From Mycoplasmatota bacterium (GTDB lineage Bacteria; Bacillota_I; Bacilli_A; MAG-NZ): a stretch of DNA of 64,000 nucleotides. Location: the NCBI GenBank assembly GCA_018394315.1, contig CP074575.1:1706615-1770614 (forward strand), given 5' to 3'. Positions 62,351-64,000 of this stretch are shown here, one piece after another (position 1 is the first letter of the stretch; every line of letters starts with the position of its first letter). A program made the position numbers and the translations under genes. The notes beneath the pieces were generated by a model that saw only the letters and a program-made list of their open reading frames with translations, was not told the origin of the DNA and ran no database searches.

Positions 62351-62590
62351 CTAGTTCTCTTTTAAATATTTTAAAAACATTGATAACATATCTAGTTGGT
62401 TCTTTGCTGAATTTATTTTATCATATGTAGTTAATTTAAGAAACTCCTTCGCCTCATTCTCAAATAACTGATAATGGTTTGGATTTTCTGATAATCTTCT
62501 ATACCAAATAGGATTGTACCTTAAATACTCAAGTAACTGAGAGCTTTCCTGTTTATATAGGTTACTCAATATCTCGTTACTTAATCCCAC
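62351..62590 (-). CDS. YlbE-like protein
   Basis: YLRYNPIWYRRLSENP. Confidence 0.72.
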   Translation of the reverse strand: MGLSNEILSNLYKQESSQLLEYLRYNPIWYRRLSENPNHYQLFENEAKEFLKLTTYDKINSAKNQLDMLSMFLKYLKEN

Positions 62591-62949
62591 TTACTAAACC
62601 TTCTAAATAAAGGGTCTCTATTTTCATATACCGGTTGTTTATTGTTTGATGAATTAAGTCCTTGGAAAATCTGCATTATCTTTTGAACAGATCCAAGTGT
62701 TTTTGTAATGTTATCAACATTTAGCTTTTGCGCGTACTTTACAACTGTGCGTAAAGTCTCTTGGCCTTCAGATGAGGCTAACAAACCTTCTTCTTCTTTA
62801 TAATTCTCAAATGAGTCCTCACCAAGCAGGCTCCATTCTTCATATATATTTTGCCAGGTTCTATCTCCATCTCTAACCTTAAATTTTAGTTTAGGATATT
62901 TTTTAACAAACTCTCTAAACTCTTCAATGCTTTTTCCCACAAATATCAC
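62581..62949 (-). CDS. YlbD-like putative spore coat protein
   Basis: FREFVKKYPKL...TWQNIYEEWSLLGED. Confidence 0.72.
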   Translation of the reverse strand: MIFVGKSIEEFREFVKKYPKLKFKVRDGDRTWQNIYEEWSLLGEDSFENYKEEEGLLASSEGQETLRTVVKYAQKLNVDNITKTLGSVQKIMQIFQGLNSSNNKQPVYENRDPLFRRFSKWD

Positions 62950-62996
62950 TCCCTAATACTAATTTATTTTAAGAAATGAAATATGTGCTTGTAATA

Positions 62997-64000
62997 TCAA
63001 AACTTATCGTCAGTTATCTTAAGTTTCTTCATAATATCTTGATAAGTTATTTTGGATTCAGTTATGATTCTCAAAAGACCAGTATAAAGCCCCATAACGA
63101 AGTAAAGTACTAATCCAATTATAAATGTAATAAACAAATATAACAAATTAGATAATTTACTTAGTTTATAGTCTATTGTTAGTTCTAGTAGTTGATCTAT
63201 AAATATTAGTATTATTCCCATAACTATCGATAGAAAAATAATAAATAGAAATCTCTTAAGTAAATAATTAAACTCAAACTCTGTATAATGTTGAATAACT
63301 ACAAAATTAAGTGTAACAGTTGTGATTAAACCTAGTGCACTAGATAATATTGCACCATCTACCCCCATAAATACGATAAAGATATAATTTGTCATTAGTT
63401 TTATTAACACACCAATAAGAATTGTAAAGAAAAGATATTTATGTCTATTTATTCCTTGGATAATACTCATTGAAACGGAGTTTAAACTAAAAATCAATAT
63501 GAGTGGTGCATAAGTTAATAATATGTTACCACCATAAGGATTATTTCCAAATAGTATATGGTAAATTTGATCATTAAAAACCATAGTATAAATTACTATA
63601 GGAAACGTAAAGAAGAAAATAATTTGAAAAGCTTTGATTATATTCTTTTCTACACCTGAAAGATTATTCTTTGCGAAATCATATGATATTGCTGGTACCA
63701 AGGTAGATGAAAATGCAACAGCTAGAGATATTGGGATAAAGATAATTTTATGAACTTCAAATGCATAAATACCGTATATATATTCTGGGTTAGTTTCCCC
63801 TACCGATAACATTGCTTTGTTGAAAGTCACAGAATCAATAAATTGATAAAGTGATAAGTTAATTCCATATATCGCAAAAGGTAACGCAACTATGAATAAT
63901 TGTTTTATCAATTTCAATACAGGCTCTGGATTCTTTACACTTTCATAATTTCTTTGAAACTGTCTGTCTGCACTACTTCTTATTACAAAGAAAATCAATA
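62997..64000 (-). CDS. MurJ/YtgP/SpoVB-type polysaccharide or lipid II flippase (5' part outside the window)
   Basis: YQFIDS, FIPISLAVAFSSTLVPAIS, IIQGI, GVDGAILSS, multiple TM helices. Confidence 0.82.
   Translation of the reverse strand, partial: LIFFVIRSSADRQFQRNYESVKNPEPVLKLIKQLFIVALPFAIYGINLSLYQFIDSVTFNKAMLSVGETNPEYIYGIYAFEVHKIIFIPISLAVAFSSTLVPAISYDFAKNNLSGVEKNIIKAFQIIFFFTFPIVIYTMVFNDQIYHILFGNNPYGGNILLTYAPLILIFSLNSVSMSIIQGINRHKYLFFTILIGVLIKLMTNYIFIVFMGVDGAILSSALGLITTVTLNFVVIQHYTEFEFNYLLKRFLFIIFLSIVMGIILIFIDQLLELTIDYKLSKLSNLLYLFITFIIGLVLYFVMGLYTGLLRIITESKITYQDIMKKLKITDDKF

Overview
A low-GC, Bacillota/Mollicutes-like chromosomal window, with almost all genes on the minus strand. 1-20.5 kb: anaerobic metabolism and oxidative-stress genes (sarcosine-oxidase/proline-dehydrogenase-like cluster with an aldehyde:ferredoxin oxidoreductase, perR-rbr-dfx, a flavodiiron protein) and a surface protein with 7 x 189-bp repeats. 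20.7-30.9 kb: a complete DeoC/RpiB/TPI (SPU-type) bacterial microcompartment locus. 31-44 kb: accessory genes (MalT-like regulator, DUF4386 proteins, two-component system with ABC exporter). 44.2-61.4 kb: a decayed genomic island at the 3' end of tRNA-Leu(CAA), bounded by a broken tyrosine integrase and dense with defence-like genes. The best find is a retron. It has a consensus promoter, a clear msr/msd RNA (16-bp a1/a2 arms, branching G, ~90-nt msd hairpin) and a single 687-aa gene that appears to fuse an St85/Ec86-type NDT-like effector N-terminally to the reverse transcriptase. The island also has two coupled OLD-like ABC ATPases, an HNH nuclease coupled to a B12-type radical SAM enzyme, an HTH-HTH-thermonuclease fusion, a PD-(D/E)XK nuclease, a DUF4238/SEC-C protein and a highly folded ~360-nt non-coding element. 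61.4-64 kb: core genes (khpA, rpsP, ylbG/E/D-like, MurJ-type flippase). All family calls come from motif recognition by eye; no searches were run.
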